The notes beneath the pieces are model-generated. The model did no database searches. It saw only the letters and a program-made list of their open reading frames with translations, and was not told the DNA's origin. From contig DAIDHK010000001.1 of assembly GCA_027459725.1 (NCBI GenBank), positions 131,411 through 195,410 of the forward strand: a stretch of DNA of 64,000 nt, in the 5' to 3' direction. Positions within the stretch are counted from its first letter, which is position 1, and every line of letters begins with the position of its first letter. Shown here one piece after another: positions 1-10,140 of the stretch. Source of the stretch: Candidatus Levyibacteriota bacterium (lineage in GTDB: Bacteria; Patescibacteriota; Microgenomatia; Levybacterales; UBA12049). The position numbers were made by a program, and so were the translations under genes.

Positions 1-696
<696 letters not shown>

Positions 697-699
697 TTA

Positions 700-1203
700 T
701 TAATTAATATTATTCTTTTTACCAACTGTTACTTCAGCTGGCCTTAATAATTTATCATGCAGCATAAATCCTGCTCTTATTTCTTCAATTACTTTACCTT
801 CTTCACCTTCTACTACTTGTATCGCTTCCATCAATACTGGATCGAATTTCTTACCCTTTGTTTCAATTTTAGTAACTCCTTCGTCCTTCAATGCATCTAA
901 AAATTGAGCAATACTGACGAGTAAATTCTGATCCTGACTATGTTTACTTGCCAACATTAGTGTATCTAAAACTGGCAACATTTTCAAGAGAATATTTTTA
1001 CCTGCGCTTTTAATCCATTCTACTCTCTCTTCACGCGAACGCTTTTCTAAATTCTGATAATCGGCTATTGCCCGCATGTATTTGCTTTTAAACTCTTCTT
1101 TTTCCTGTTCTAATTTTTCTAGATCTTCGTTTACTACATTTTCTTCCTCTTCTTCAAGTATCTCTTTTTGATCTTCATGTTTTACTTTTTGCTTATTATC
1201 CAT
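700..1203 (-). CDS. grpE: Nucleotide exchange factor GrpE
   Basis: RAIADYQNLEKR, KFDPVLMEA, GFMLHDKLLRPAEVTV motifs; between hrcA and dnaK. Confidence 0.97.
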   Translation of the reverse strand: MDNKQKVKHEDQKEILEEEEENVVNEDLEKLEQEKEEFKSKYMRAIADYQNLEKRSREERVEWIKSAGKNILLKMLPVLDTLMLASKHSQDQNLLVSIAQFLDALKDEGVTKIETKGKKFDPVLMEAIQVVEGEEGKVIEEIRAGFMLHDKLLRPAEVTVGKKNNIN

Positions 1204-1210
1204 AGTTATT

Positions 1211-1951
1211 TTATCTGACCCCCAATAATTCTTCTACCAAATTCCCAAAATAGCGAACTGTGGGTATAACTTGCTGATAATTCAACCTTACCGGGCCCAA
1301 TACGCCCACCTGACCGGTCTGATTGAGTGGAGTATGATATTGTGTAAAGACAAAACCGTAAGGACCATTCAAACGAGATCCCAAATCTTCTCCGACCAGT
1401 ACGTAAGTATCATCCTCCATAGGTGTTTGGGTTAGATGGCTAAACAAATTTTGAAAATAGTCATATTCATCAATAGTTGCCAAAAGATTTTTCGTAACAT
1501 CTATATCAAAAAACTCAGGCATATCTAAAATATATGAATAACCAGATGTATACATTGTACCATCTCCACTCGTTGCTATAGCAAGTGTCCTGGTTTTATC
1601 AGCTAAAGATTTAGTTATCTCCTTCATAAATCGATTCATCTGATCACGATAATCCCACACTCTTTCTTTCATGGCTACTTCCTCTACAGTTGATAGTTCC
1701 TTTTCTTTCATCAGCTCTTTGACATAGAGTTTCATACCCTCAGCAGTTGGCACGCGGCCTGCTGAAGAATGAGGTTTTTTTAAATAACCAAGTTCTGATA
1801 ACCGAACCATTTCATTACGGATAGTAGCAGGTGAGGCGCTTAAATTATGTTTTTTTTCAATAGTTTCACTGCCAACTGGTTCAGCAGTATAAATATACTC
1901 TTCAATAATACTTTTAAGAATATCTATTTGTCTTTGTGTGAGATTATGCAT
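1211..1951 (-). CDS. hrcA: Heat-inducible transcription repressor HrcA (short form)
   Basis: LTQRQIDILKSIIEEYI..AEPVGS, SPATIRNEM, PHSSAGRVPT, GVLGPVRLNY; start moved from TTG 1990 to ATG 1951 because the extension is the promoter. Confidence 0.95.
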   Translation of the reverse strand: MHNLTQRQIDILKSIIEEYIYTAEPVGSETIEKKHNLSASPATIRNEMVRLSELGYLKKPHSSAGRVPTAEGMKLYVKELMKEKELSTVEEVAMKERVWDYRDQMNRFMKEITKSLADKTRTLAIATSGDGTMYTSGYSYILDMPEFFDIDVTKNLLATIDEYDYFQNLFSHLTQTPMEDDTYVLVGEDLGSRLNGPYGFVFTQYHTPLNQTGQVGVLGPVRLNYQQVIPTVRYFGNLVEELLGVR

Positions 1952-1953
1952 AA

Positions 1954-1990
1954 TTAGCAAAATAATAACACGAGTGCCAAGAGTTGTCAA
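1954..1990 (-). promoter_or_regulatory. Sigma70 promoter of hrcA-grpE-dnaK overlapped by a CIRCE-like operator
   Basis: Minus strand TTGACA-17nt-TATTAT (extended TG); TTGGCACTC-N9-TTTTGCTAA at 1980-1954 versus consensus TTAGCACTC-N9-GAGTGCTAA. Confidence 0.85.
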
Positions 1991-2007
1991 GAAGCCGAAA
2001 TATTAAA

Positions 2008-2334
2008 TTATTTGACTAAAGATAAATATGGAGTCCGTGATCTAATATTTTTTTCAGACTTCTTTACCAACAGTTGTTCTCTAATCGTTCTTCTGATAAT
2101 AGCAACCTGACTCCATCTCAAACTTGCCCCTGTATGCAAAGGCACATGCCCCTCCGCATTACCTATACTTATCAAATTTCTAAGAGGATTAACTACCAAT
2201 CTTCCCCCTGACTCCATCTCTTGAGCAGCCTGACTACCTAAGAAGGAAGCATATTGTCTTTCAGCTAATGATAAACGTGGTTTCCTTACGAGAGCTCGAG
2301 CACTTCTTAATATCTCAATTGACGCTATGGCCAT
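2008..2334 (-). CDS. Hypothetical protein (108 aa)
   Basis: ORF with upstream TTGACA-17-TAAAAC; no recognisable motif. Confidence 0.6.
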   Translation of the reverse strand: MAIASIEILRSARALVRKPRLSLAERQYASFLGSQAAQEMESGGRLVVNPLRNLISIGNAEGHVPLHTGASLRWSQVAIIRRTIREQLLVKKSEKNIRSRTPYLSLVK

Positions 2335-2410
2335 AAAACATTTGTAGTTTTATCACTAAGAAATGCTAATGTCAAGATAGGATAATATAATTTGTGCTAA
2401 CATAAATAAA

Positions 2411-2797
2411 ATGCAGATAAAAATCTTCAGATTTAATATCTTTAACCGGTTTTTTTATCTTTTACTAACTTTAATTTCTTTTGCCACCACAGTTTACGTT
2501 ATAAACATGTACTCTCCCCAGGATACTATTGATCTGCAAATTTACTCATTTAAGTTATCGTCAGTTTATGCGGTATATTTTTTAATCTTTCTTTTTTGCC
2601 TGTTCTTTATGAGAGCCATGACACGTCATTTTATTCACGGTATAAGTTTGGGGATTTTTGTAATAAGCCTGCTGTTGTTGAAATCAAATAACTTTTTCCA
2701 GGCGAGTTTAATTGGACTTCTGGTGTTACTGGTCTTTGTACTTGAGTTTGCTTTCTGGCCTAAAAGGAATAAGCAGCAAAAGCTCCCTAGAAGTTAA
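2411..2797 (+). CDS. Hypothetical membrane protein (about 4 TM)
   Basis: Four hydrophobic segments; TGcTAACAT 7 nt before ATG. Confidence 0.75.
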   Translation: MQIKIFRFNIFNRFFYLLLTLISFATTVYVINMYSPQDTIDLQIYSFKLSSVYAVYFLIFLFCLFFMRAMTRHFIHGISLGIFVISLLLLKSNNFFQASLIGLLVLLVFVLEFAFWPKRNKQQKLPRS

Positions 2798-2827
2798 AGT
2801 ATCACTTTGTAAAACCAGGGAGCTTAA

Positions 2828-2911
2828 TTAATTTTGAGTCTGATCTTTTCCTACTTGTTCTCTGATTGCTGACACGGCTGTTTTCAGTTCTTCTTTCAGC
2901 TTATTCACTTC
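2828..2911 (-). pseudogene. Possible 3' remnant of a gene cut by the IS21 element
   Basis: Open frame EVNKLKEELKTAVSAIREQVGKDQTQN* starts exactly at the IS end and has no start codon of its own. Confidence 0.4.
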
Positions 2912-2971
2912 TGTCAAGTATAAAATAATTTTGGACAATAATCGGAAACAATTATAAAATAAAATTGGACA
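2912..2971. repeat. IS21 left terminal inverted repeat with a second transposase-binding repeat
   Basis: TTATAAAATAAAATTGGACA at 2952-2971 is the exact reverse complement of 4268-4287. Confidence 0.9.
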
Positions 2972-2988
2972 TAATTGCCTAAAAAAAA

Positions 2989-4212
2989 TTAGTCTCTCTT
3001 TTTAAACCGGTAACTCTCTCCTTTAATTTCGATAACTGTACAGTGATGCAGGAGCCTGTCAACAACGGCGGTTGTTAATGTTTTATCAATGAACACTTTG
3101 TCCCACTCATTAATTGACCGGTTGGTGACGTAGGTTCCCATTTCTGTACTTATCGTGTGGAGGGCTACTTGCTCTCCCTCACAGATAATCCTCAGCAGAT
3201 GCTCATTCCACCTAATGGTCACGTCTTTGCCAACAAGACGGGAAGGAACAGAGTAATAGTTATTGGCAAAATGAATATGACAATTACTTGCCACCACTCG
3301 TTCCCCCCGGTTAAACAGTGCAAAGGGAGTGTCCGGCTGTGACTGTAGCTTACCTTTCTCCTCACTTAAAAATACCTCCATGGGTACTTTCCTGGTTGTC
3401 CCATGCACTCTTTTGTTGGCATAATTATTCATCCAGTCAGTTAATTGCCGCTTCATATCAATGCTGTCATGAAAGGTCCTGCCGCTGATAAAGTTGCCCT
3501 GCAGGTATTTAATCCCTGATTCAACAGTTCCTTTCTGTTCTGGAGAATACGGAGTACAGGGAATGATAACTGTATTGTAGTGATAGGCAAACTCTAAGAA
3601 ATCCTGGTTAAATTCTAAGTCATAATGCTGGTTTTTCAGAATGGCTGTTTTCATGTTATCCACCTTAAGCCTTCCGGGAACTCCGTCAAAATACAGGAAT
3701 GCATTCTCCATTTCTTGTATCAGTGTCTCCAACTTTTGATCATAGGTAATGGCATAAAAATCCAGTCGTGAGTAGGGCAGAATGACTGCTAATCCATAGG
3801 TTTTAACCAGAGGGCCAAGAGGTCCGGGGAACATCCCGACATACCCGAAATCAATCTCAGCTACTTCTCCCGGAAGAACTACCTGAACACCGAATGCCTC
3901 TTTTTGTTTGGGGAAGCGAACCTGAATATATTTACAAAGATTCACATAGGTACTTGAAACCCCATGTGTTTCTGTCAGTATTTCATACATGCGAAGAATT
4001 GATAATTTTTCTTCGATCCATTTCTTAATTTGTTCCTGGTAAGGGTCAAACAATGATCCTTTTTGTCGTGTCTGTTTTTCAATGAAGTTTTCACGAGACA
4101 ATACGTTTGCAATGGTATGACGGTGGCAGCCAAGTTCTCTAGCAATCTCTGATTGTTTCACCCCCTGCTTCTCAAGTGTTTTGATTGTTATTTGTTTGTA
4201 CATAGTTAGCAT
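2989..4212 (-). CDS. istA: IS21 transposase IstA fused in frame to the last ~45 aa of IstB
   Basis: N-terminal HTH (QSEIARELGCHRHTI), DDE core (EIDFG, VDNMKTAI, PEQKGTVESGI); tail SINEWDKVF...VVDRLLHH...GESYR is the IstB C-terminus. Confidence 0.88.
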   Translation of the reverse strand: MLTMYKQITIKTLEKQGVKQSEIARELGCHRHTIANVLSRENFIEKQTRQKGSLFDPYQEQIKKWIEEKLSILRMYEILTETHGVSSTYVNLCKYIQVRFPKQKEAFGVQVVLPGEVAEIDFGYVGMFPGPLGPLVKTYGLAVILPYSRLDFYAITYDQKLETLIQEMENAFLYFDGVPGRLKVDNMKTAILKNQHYDLEFNQDFLEFAYHYNTVIIPCTPYSPEQKGTVESGIKYLQGNFISGRTFHDSIDMKRQLTDWMNNYANKRVHGTTRKVPMEVFLSEEKGKLQSQPDTPFALFNRGERVVASNCHIHFANNYYSVPSRLVGKDVTIRWNEHLLRIICEGEQVALHTISTEMGTYVTNRSINEWDKVFIDKTLTTAVVDRLLHHCTVIEIKGESYRFKKRD

Positions 4213-4267
4213 AACAGATCTTGGTTTTTCACCTCCTACTCCGGTGGTACCCACCAAGATCTATTAT

Positions 4268-4316
4268 TGTCCAATTTTATTTTATAACTATGTCCATTTT
4301 AATATTATATTTAACA
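4268..4316. repeat. IS21 right terminal inverted repeat
   Basis: Two tandem TGTCCA..TTTA units ending in TTAACA, inverted relative to 2912-2971. Confidence 0.9.
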
Positions 4317-4379
4317 ATACATATTTATACTATCAAATTCAACGATTATTACAAACTAACCCAAGACTCCAAATTTTTC

Positions 4380-4414
4380 TTGCCTCGCTATCCTACGTCT
4401 GTTAAAATCAAAGC
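4380..4414 (+). promoter_or_regulatory. Probable leaderless promoter of metG
   Basis: TTGCCT-17-TAAAAT (TG extended), then 6 nt to ATG; no SD. Confidence 0.7.
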
Positions 4415-5875
4415 ATGGGAAAATTCTATATTACAATCGCAATTCCTTACGTCAACGGCAAACCGCATCTAGGACATGCGCTTGAATATTTTCAGGCTGA
4501 TGCAATCAGAAGATTTCATGAAATTAACGGTGATCAAACATTACTCCTATCCGGAGCAGATGAAAATGCGCTGAAAAACGTTCAAGCAGCCGAAAAAGAA
4601 GGTATCTCAACTCAGGAATTTTTAGATAGGAATTCTAACGTATTTCGTGAAGCTTTTGTCAAACTAGGTGTTAATTTAGACGTCTTTCAACGCGGATCCG
4701 ATCAGCAAAAACACTGGCCGGGAGTGCAGAAACTGTGGCAACTTTGTTTTGACAACGGAGATATATATAAAAAAAGTTATGAAGGACTTTATTGTGTGGG
4801 TTGCGAGAGTTTCAAAACTGCAGAAGAATTGACCGAAGATGGATTATGTAGGGAACACTTGAAAAAACCGGAGTTGATCAAAGAAGAAAATTACTTTTTC
4901 CGTCTAAGTAAATATCAGGAGCAGCTTGTTGATTTAATTGAAAGCAATACTTTGCAAATTATCCCAGATAATAAACGTCAGGAGACGCTAAGCTTTATCA
5001 AACAGGGCCTGGAAGATTTTAGTATCTCACGCTCTAAAACTCGTGCTAAAGGAGTAGGTGTTCCCGTACCCAACGACTCAGAACAAATTATGTATGTATG
5101 GTTTGATGCTTTGACGATTTATATGACTGGAGTTGGGTTTGGCATTGATGAGTCTAAATACAAGACTTGGTGGCCGGCAGATTTACATATTATCGGCAAG
5201 GATATTAATCGCTTCCATACAGTCTATTGGCCAGCTATGTTACTCTCAGCTAGACTGCCTATACCCAAGCAAGTTCTCATTCACAGTTTTATAAATGCTC
5301 CCGGTGGAGTAAAAATGAGTAAGAGTCTGGGAAATGTAATCGATCCATTTGACATGGCCCGGGAGTTTGGACTGGAATCTTTGCGCTACTACTTGCTTTC
5401 TCAAATTCCCCTGGCTGAGGATGGTGAAATGAGCCTGGAAAGATTTAAAGAGGTTTACAACGCTGATCTTGCTAATGGACTGGGTAATCTAGTTTCCCGC
5501 GTGGCTAAACTATGCGAGATGACTAAACATGAACAACTAGCCCGAGCAGACCGTTCTACCAAACATCTGATGGGTATTGATACTTACCTGCAGGCAATGG
5601 AGAATTATAAGATAAATGAAGCCTGTTCCTTTATCTGGCAGAAAGTAGCGGCTTTGGATAAGTATATTGTCGAGGCCAAACCGTGGGATTTAATCAAAAC
5701 TGAAGATCCAAGACTGCGTAGCGTCCTGGCACATTTAGTAGATGGTCTGCAGGAAATAGGGATATTATTATCACCCATCCTACCTGAGACATCAGGTAGA
5801 ATTGAACAGGTCTTCAAAGGCCCTGAGATAAAAAGCACCACGTCTTTATTTCCAAGGCTAAAAAAGGATAATTAG
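4415..5875 (+). CDS. metG: Methionine--tRNA ligase (short form)
   Basis: YVNGKPHLGH, YCVGCE, YVWFDAL, GKDINRFH, KMSKSLGN. Confidence 0.97.
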   Translation: MGKFYITIAIPYVNGKPHLGHALEYFQADAIRRFHEINGDQTLLLSGADENALKNVQAAEKEGISTQEFLDRNSNVFREAFVKLGVNLDVFQRGSDQQKHWPGVQKLWQLCFDNGDIYKKSYEGLYCVGCESFKTAEELTEDGLCREHLKKPELIKEENYFFRLSKYQEQLVDLIESNTLQIIPDNKRQETLSFIKQGLEDFSISRSKTRAKGVGVPVPNDSEQIMYVWFDALTIYMTGVGFGIDESKYKTWWPADLHIIGKDINRFHTVYWPAMLLSARLPIPKQVLIHSFINAPGGVKMSKSLGNVIDPFDMAREFGLESLRYYLLSQIPLAEDGEMSLERFKEVYNADLANGLGNLVSRVAKLCEMTKHEQLARADRSTKHLMGIDTYLQAMENYKINEACSFIWQKVAALDKYIVEAKPWDLIKTEDPRLRSVLAHLVDGLQEIGILLSPILPETSGRIEQVFKGPEIKSTTSLFPRLKKDN

Positions 5876-5902
5876 TAACTGAGATCTATATATAAACGAT
5901 TT

Positions 5903-6709
5903 ATGATTGACGCTCATTGTCATTTGAACTTTCACGCTTTTAATAAAGACGTCGATGAGGTCATAAAAAGATCTCAAGCTGCCGGAGTAGAAAGAATTAT
6001 TAATACCGGTACCAAACTGGATTCAAGCGCGCATGCTCTACAACTGGCAGAGCAATATGATAATCTCTATGCGATAGTGGGAGTTCACCCTCATCATGCA
6101 GATAAAATTGAAGAAGAAGGAGACTGGGTTGGGCAGCTGAAGATAATGACTAATAACCCCAAAGTCGTGGGTATAGGTGAGATAGGTATGGACTATTTCT
6201 CATATCACTCCAATGGCATAGTTGATCCTAAATTACAGAAAAGTGTATTTGAACAGCAGATTATGCTTGCATATAACACAGGCTTACCTCTGCAAATTCA
6301 TAACCGCCAGGCTGGCGAGGATGTCATTGAAGTGCTTAAAGCACATAGAAACTATTTGCAAGCAATCCCAGGCATGTTTCACTGTTTTGCAGGCTCAATG
6401 CAGGTTTTAAAAGAGGCACTTAATTTAGGATTTTTTATAGGATTTGACGGCAATTTGACCTACCCTGGGATGGCACCCGGAGAGACTACCGCTTTGTCTG
6501 ATATAGCTAAATATGTACCTTTAGAGAGGATTATTTGCGAAACAGATAGTCCCTATCTTACTGCTGTGCCTCACCGAGGCCAGAGAAATGAGCCTCAATA
6601 TGTTATACTAGTAGGACAGCAAATTGCCCGATTGAAGCAAATTTCGTACGAAAAAGTCAAACAACAAACTATAAAAAATACCTATACTGTTTTTAAACGT
6701 CTGAAGTAA
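5903..6709 (+). CDS. tatD: TatD family hydrolase/DNase
   Basis: IDAHCHL, VGVHPH, GEIGMDY, HCF, ETDSPYL; follows metG. Confidence 0.95.
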   Translation: MIDAHCHLNFHAFNKDVDEVIKRSQAAGVERIINTGTKLDSSAHALQLAEQYDNLYAIVGVHPHHADKIEEEGDWVGQLKIMTNNPKVVGIGEIGMDYFSYHSNGIVDPKLQKSVFEQQIMLAYNTGLPLQIHNRQAGEDVIEVLKAHRNYLQAIPGMFHCFAGSMQVLKEALNLGFFIGFDGNLTYPGMAPGETTALSDIAKYVPLERIICETDSPYLTAVPHRGQRNEPQYVILVGQQIARLKQISYEKVKQQTIKNTYTVFKRLK

Positions 6710-6725
6710 TCAGAAATGGTGTACT

Positions 6726-8219
6726 ATGAACGATTTTTTTAATCATATTTTTACCAGGTATCCCATCAAAACACGCCGTCTTCTGGAGTTGATGCCAGGC
6801 CTTACCGCCTGGGCTATTATCTTTTTACCCATCTACGGTTCGTTCCTTTTTCCCGAAGCCCTCTCCTGGATGATTCTTTTCTTTGATGTCTATTGGCTCC
6901 TCAAATCTTTTCATCTGGTTATTACCGCCTATAGAGCTACAGCAAAAATATTAGCTTCAGAAAAAGAAGACTGGAATGCCAAAGCCTCAAAATTACCTCA
7001 CTATAAAGATATGACACATGTATTAGTACTACCCAATTATAAAGAATCGGTCTCCAAGTTGAGATCAACCCTTGAAGAGTTAACTCATCAAAGTTTCCCT
7101 TTAAAAAGAATCTTTATTGTCCTGGCAATGGAAGAGAGGGAAATCGAGGCAAAAGACAAGTCTACTCAACTCATTAAAGAATTCAAACCATATTTTGGCG
7201 ATGTCATTGCCACTTTTCATCCTGACGTCATAGGAGAAGTAAAAGGAAAATCTTCCAATGAAGCCTATGGAGGCAGGGTCGCTTATGAAATGCTTTATGC
7301 TAATAATAAATATGATATAAATTATGCAACCGTAACGTCAGTTGATGCAGACTCTATATTTGATAAGCAATATTTTGCTTATCTAAGCTACAGTTTTATA
7401 ACGAACAACAACCCATATCGCAGATTCTGGCAATCAGCCAACGTCTTTTACAACAATCTGTGGGATGTTCCCGCGCCGAACCGAATTATTTCATTCTTCG
7501 GCAGTATGTATAGAACAGCTGTTCTTGTACAAGGAGATCGCTTAATAATCAATGCTACCTATTCCTTATCTTTTAAACTTCTTAAAGAAATAGATTTTTG
7601 GGATGTTGATGTTATCCCTGAAGATTACAGGATTTTCTTTAAGGCTTTTTATCGTACCAAAGGTGAAACTTATGCAGTGCCGATTTTCCTAAAAACCTCC
7701 CTCGATGCACCAAAATCCCCGACTTATTTAAAGAGTCTGCAAAACAAGTACCAGCAGGAAAGGCGCTGGTCATGGGGAGTTTCTGATGATCCTTTATTTA
7801 TTAAATGGTGGCTCACAGTTCCTGGTGTTCCTTTCTATAGAAAAACTGTCCTACTTTTCAACGTTCTTTTAGATCATCAGCTCTGGCCAGTTAACTGGTT
7901 TATTATTACAGTAGCGGCTAATATCATGCCTATTATAAATCCTGTCTATTCACGTACTACACTTGGCTACATGCTTCCTCAAATTGCCGCTTCCATTTTG
8001 ACCTTGTGTTTACTCGCCATCGTAGCCTTAATTTATCTGGATTATAAAAATTCTACTGAACATCGCTATGTTTCCAAGCGCAGAAGACTTCTTTTCCCTA
8101 TTGAATTTATTTTAATGCCAATAGTCGGATTTTTCCTTTCTGCATTACCAGCCCTGATCTCCCATACTCAACTTATGTTGGGTAAACGTCTTGAGTATAA
8201 GGTCACGGAAAAAGCATAA
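6726..8219 (+). CDS. Membrane glycosyltransferase family 2
   Basis: LPNYKE, GKSSN, VDADS (DxD), IPED, QERRW motifs plus N- and C-terminal TM helices. Confidence 0.85.
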   Translation: MNDFFNHIFTRYPIKTRRLLELMPGLTAWAIIFLPIYGSFLFPEALSWMILFFDVYWLLKSFHLVITAYRATAKILASEKEDWNAKASKLPHYKDMTHVLVLPNYKESVSKLRSTLEELTHQSFPLKRIFIVLAMEEREIEAKDKSTQLIKEFKPYFGDVIATFHPDVIGEVKGKSSNEAYGGRVAYEMLYANNKYDINYATVTSVDADSIFDKQYFAYLSYSFITNNNPYRRFWQSANVFYNNLWDVPAPNRIISFFGSMYRTAVLVQGDRLIINATYSLSFKLLKEIDFWDVDVIPEDYRIFFKAFYRTKGETYAVPIFLKTSLDAPKSPTYLKSLQNKYQQERRWSWGVSDDPLFIKWWLTVPGVPFYRKTVLLFNVLLDHQLWPVNWFIITVAANIMPIINPVYSRTTLGYMLPQIAASILTLCLLAIVALIYLDYKNSTEHRYVSKRRRLLFPIEFILMPIVGFFLSALPALISHTQLMLGKRLEYKVTEKA

Positions 8220-8270
8220 GAGTTAAGTTATTAGATTGAATAAAAAGAAAAAATTGATAATAATTAACAT

Positions 8271-9794
8271 ATGAAAGACCTTCTCTATAGACTGGAAAAA
8301 TCTACTGCAACATGGGTACTGCTTATTACACTTTTTATTTTCTTTCTACTGCGTCTTCCTTCCCTGGTTGAACCTTATTGGTATGGTGACGAGGGAATTT
8401 ATGAGGTAATCGGTAGTGCGTTAAGACATGGTGTAGCTTTATACTCAGGTATTTGGGACAACAAACCCCCTCTACTTTATCTTACTTATGCTTTATTTTC
8501 CGGGGACCAATTTTCTGTAAAACTTCTGTCGCTTATTTTCGGCTTGCTAAGTGTAATTGTTTTTTTCTTTCTTTCTAAAAAGTTGTTTAGTCAACCCAAA
8601 ATCCAATATTTAACAACTATTATTTTTGCTTTACTTTTTGCCACTCCAGTCACTGAAGGAGATATCGCTAATGCTGAAAATTTTATGCTTCTCCCTATCC
8701 TGCTAGCAGCATATCTGGTTTATAATCTGTCCCTAAAGAGAGACTTCCATCTGATGGTAGGAAAGGGGGAAATAGGTAATTCTATTGTTAAATATCAAAT
8801 ATGGGCAGGGCTTTTATTAGGAATAGCTTCTCTATACAAAGTTGTTGCAATATTTGATTTTGCAGCTCTGGGATTATTTTTGTTCTTTTCGGTTTACTCA
8901 ACAAATTATAGAATTACCGATTTAACAGATACAAAAATTCTTAAACCTCTGGCAAAATTACTTTTACCTTTTGCTATTAGTTTTTTTGCCCCACTTGTAA
9001 TTACATTAATTTATTTCACTTCAAATGGAGCAGGAGTTGATTTTTTAAGGTCAGCCTTTAGTAACAATGTAGGATATGTCGGATACGGGAATACCCTTGT
9101 TATTCCTCAAGGATTTCTGATCTTAAAAGTTTTAATTCTGCTATTAATTGTCTGGTGGTTATACAGGCAAAGAAAAATATATACTAAAGAAACAATTTTT
9201 ATTTTATTGTGGTTTACATTTGAAATTTTTGACAGTTTTTTTTCTCAGCGGAACTACACCCATTATTTTCTGATGAGTATTATAAGTATATCTCTTTTAG
9301 TTGGATTACCAAGTTTGAAGAATAAGAATAATTGGAAGATAATTATACCTTTTGCTGCCTTAGCCGTTTTTACTATAGTATTTTTTATAAATATCCGGTT
9401 TATAAACTTACCAGGTTATTATCAAAATTATCTCTCCTACATTACTAATCATAAATCTGTTGATAACTATCGTAGTTTTTTTGACAAAACTACAACTCGT
9501 GATTATGCTATTGCTGATTATTTGAAACAGAATACTAAACCATATAGTAAGATCTTTATTTGGGGCAACAGTGCACAAATCTATGTGTTATCAAAAACAC
9601 TTCCTGTAGGAAGATATACAGTCGCATACCATATAACAGGGAAGGCAATTGACGAAACCCAAAGTACAATCGAAAATCAAAGACCCAAATTTATTGTAGT
9701 TCTTTCCGATATATCTCAATTCCCATTTATTATCAGCAATTATCAACCAGTTTTTTCTATGTCAGGTAATATAATTTATGAAAAAAACATTTAA
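8271..9794 (+). CDS. GT-C type (ArnT/PMT-like) membrane glycosyltransferase
   Basis: YGDEGIY...LYSGIWDNKPPL loop after TM1, NAENF, many TM helices. Confidence 0.8.
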   Translation: MKDLLYRLEKSTATWVLLITLFIFFLLRLPSLVEPYWYGDEGIYEVIGSALRHGVALYSGIWDNKPPLLYLTYALFSGDQFSVKLLSLIFGLLSVIVFFFLSKKLFSQPKIQYLTTIIFALLFATPVTEGDIANAENFMLLPILLAAYLVYNLSLKRDFHLMVGKGEIGNSIVKYQIWAGLLLGIASLYKVVAIFDFAALGLFLFFSVYSTNYRITDLTDTKILKPLAKLLLPFAISFFAPLVITLIYFTSNGAGVDFLRSAFSNNVGYVGYGNTLVIPQGFLILKVLILLLIVWWLYRQRKIYTKETIFILLWFTFEIFDSFFSQRNYTHYFLMSIISISLLVGLPSLKNKNNWKIIIPFAALAVFTIVFFINIRFINLPGYYQNYLSYITNHKSVDNYRSFFDKTTTRDYAIADYLKQNTKPYSKIFIWGNSAQIYVLSKTLPVGRYTVAYHITGKAIDETQSTIENQRPKFIVVLSDISQFPFIISNYQPVFSMSGNIIYEKNI

Positions 9795-10131
9795 TCGATT
9801 ATTCGCCGACCGTTTAATTTTACAAGCGACAACATTGACTTTTATTTTCTTATTTTTAAGTGTAATTGCCATTGCAATCGCTTGGCAATACTTGCCACCT
9901 GTTGTTCCTTTATATAACCAGGCCAGCTGGGGAGACCCAAGGCTAGCCGATAAAATATTTTTGTTTCTTCCATCTTTAATAGTCCTAACAGGTGTGATAA
10001 CCAATTCGATAATTGCAAGACTTTATTTAAATTCTATGCCAATGATCGCAAGGTTTTTGACTATTACTATCACTTTTAGCGCAATTTTAGTTTTTATATT
10101 TGATATCAGAACACTACAGTTAATTATATAG
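9778..10131 (+). CDS. Small membrane protein (DUF1648-like)
   Basis: LPPVVPLY...WG motif between TM helices. Confidence 0.65.
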   Translation: MKKTFNRLFADRLILQATTLTFIFLFLSVIAIAIAWQYLPPVVPLYNQASWGDPRLADKIFLFLPSLIVLTGVITNSIIARLYLNSMPMIARFLTITITFSAILVFIFDIRTLQLII

Positions 10132-10140
10132 TTTAAATCT

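Larger units (their letters stand above)
2912..4316 (-). mobile_element. IS21-family insertion sequence, internally deleted (1405 bp)
   Basis: TG...CA ends; terminal IRs TGTCAAGTATAAAATAATTTTGGACA / TGTTAAATATAATATTAAAATGGACA; IstA transposase inside; no target-site duplication visible. Confidence 0.9.

Noticed and set aside
2340-2402. Second CIRCE (two TGCTAA words)
   Set aside because: The words are in direct orientation with the wrong spacing
2780-2825. AAGCTCCCT...AGGGAGCTT inverted repeat as a terminator
   Set aside because: 28-nt loop and no convincing U tract
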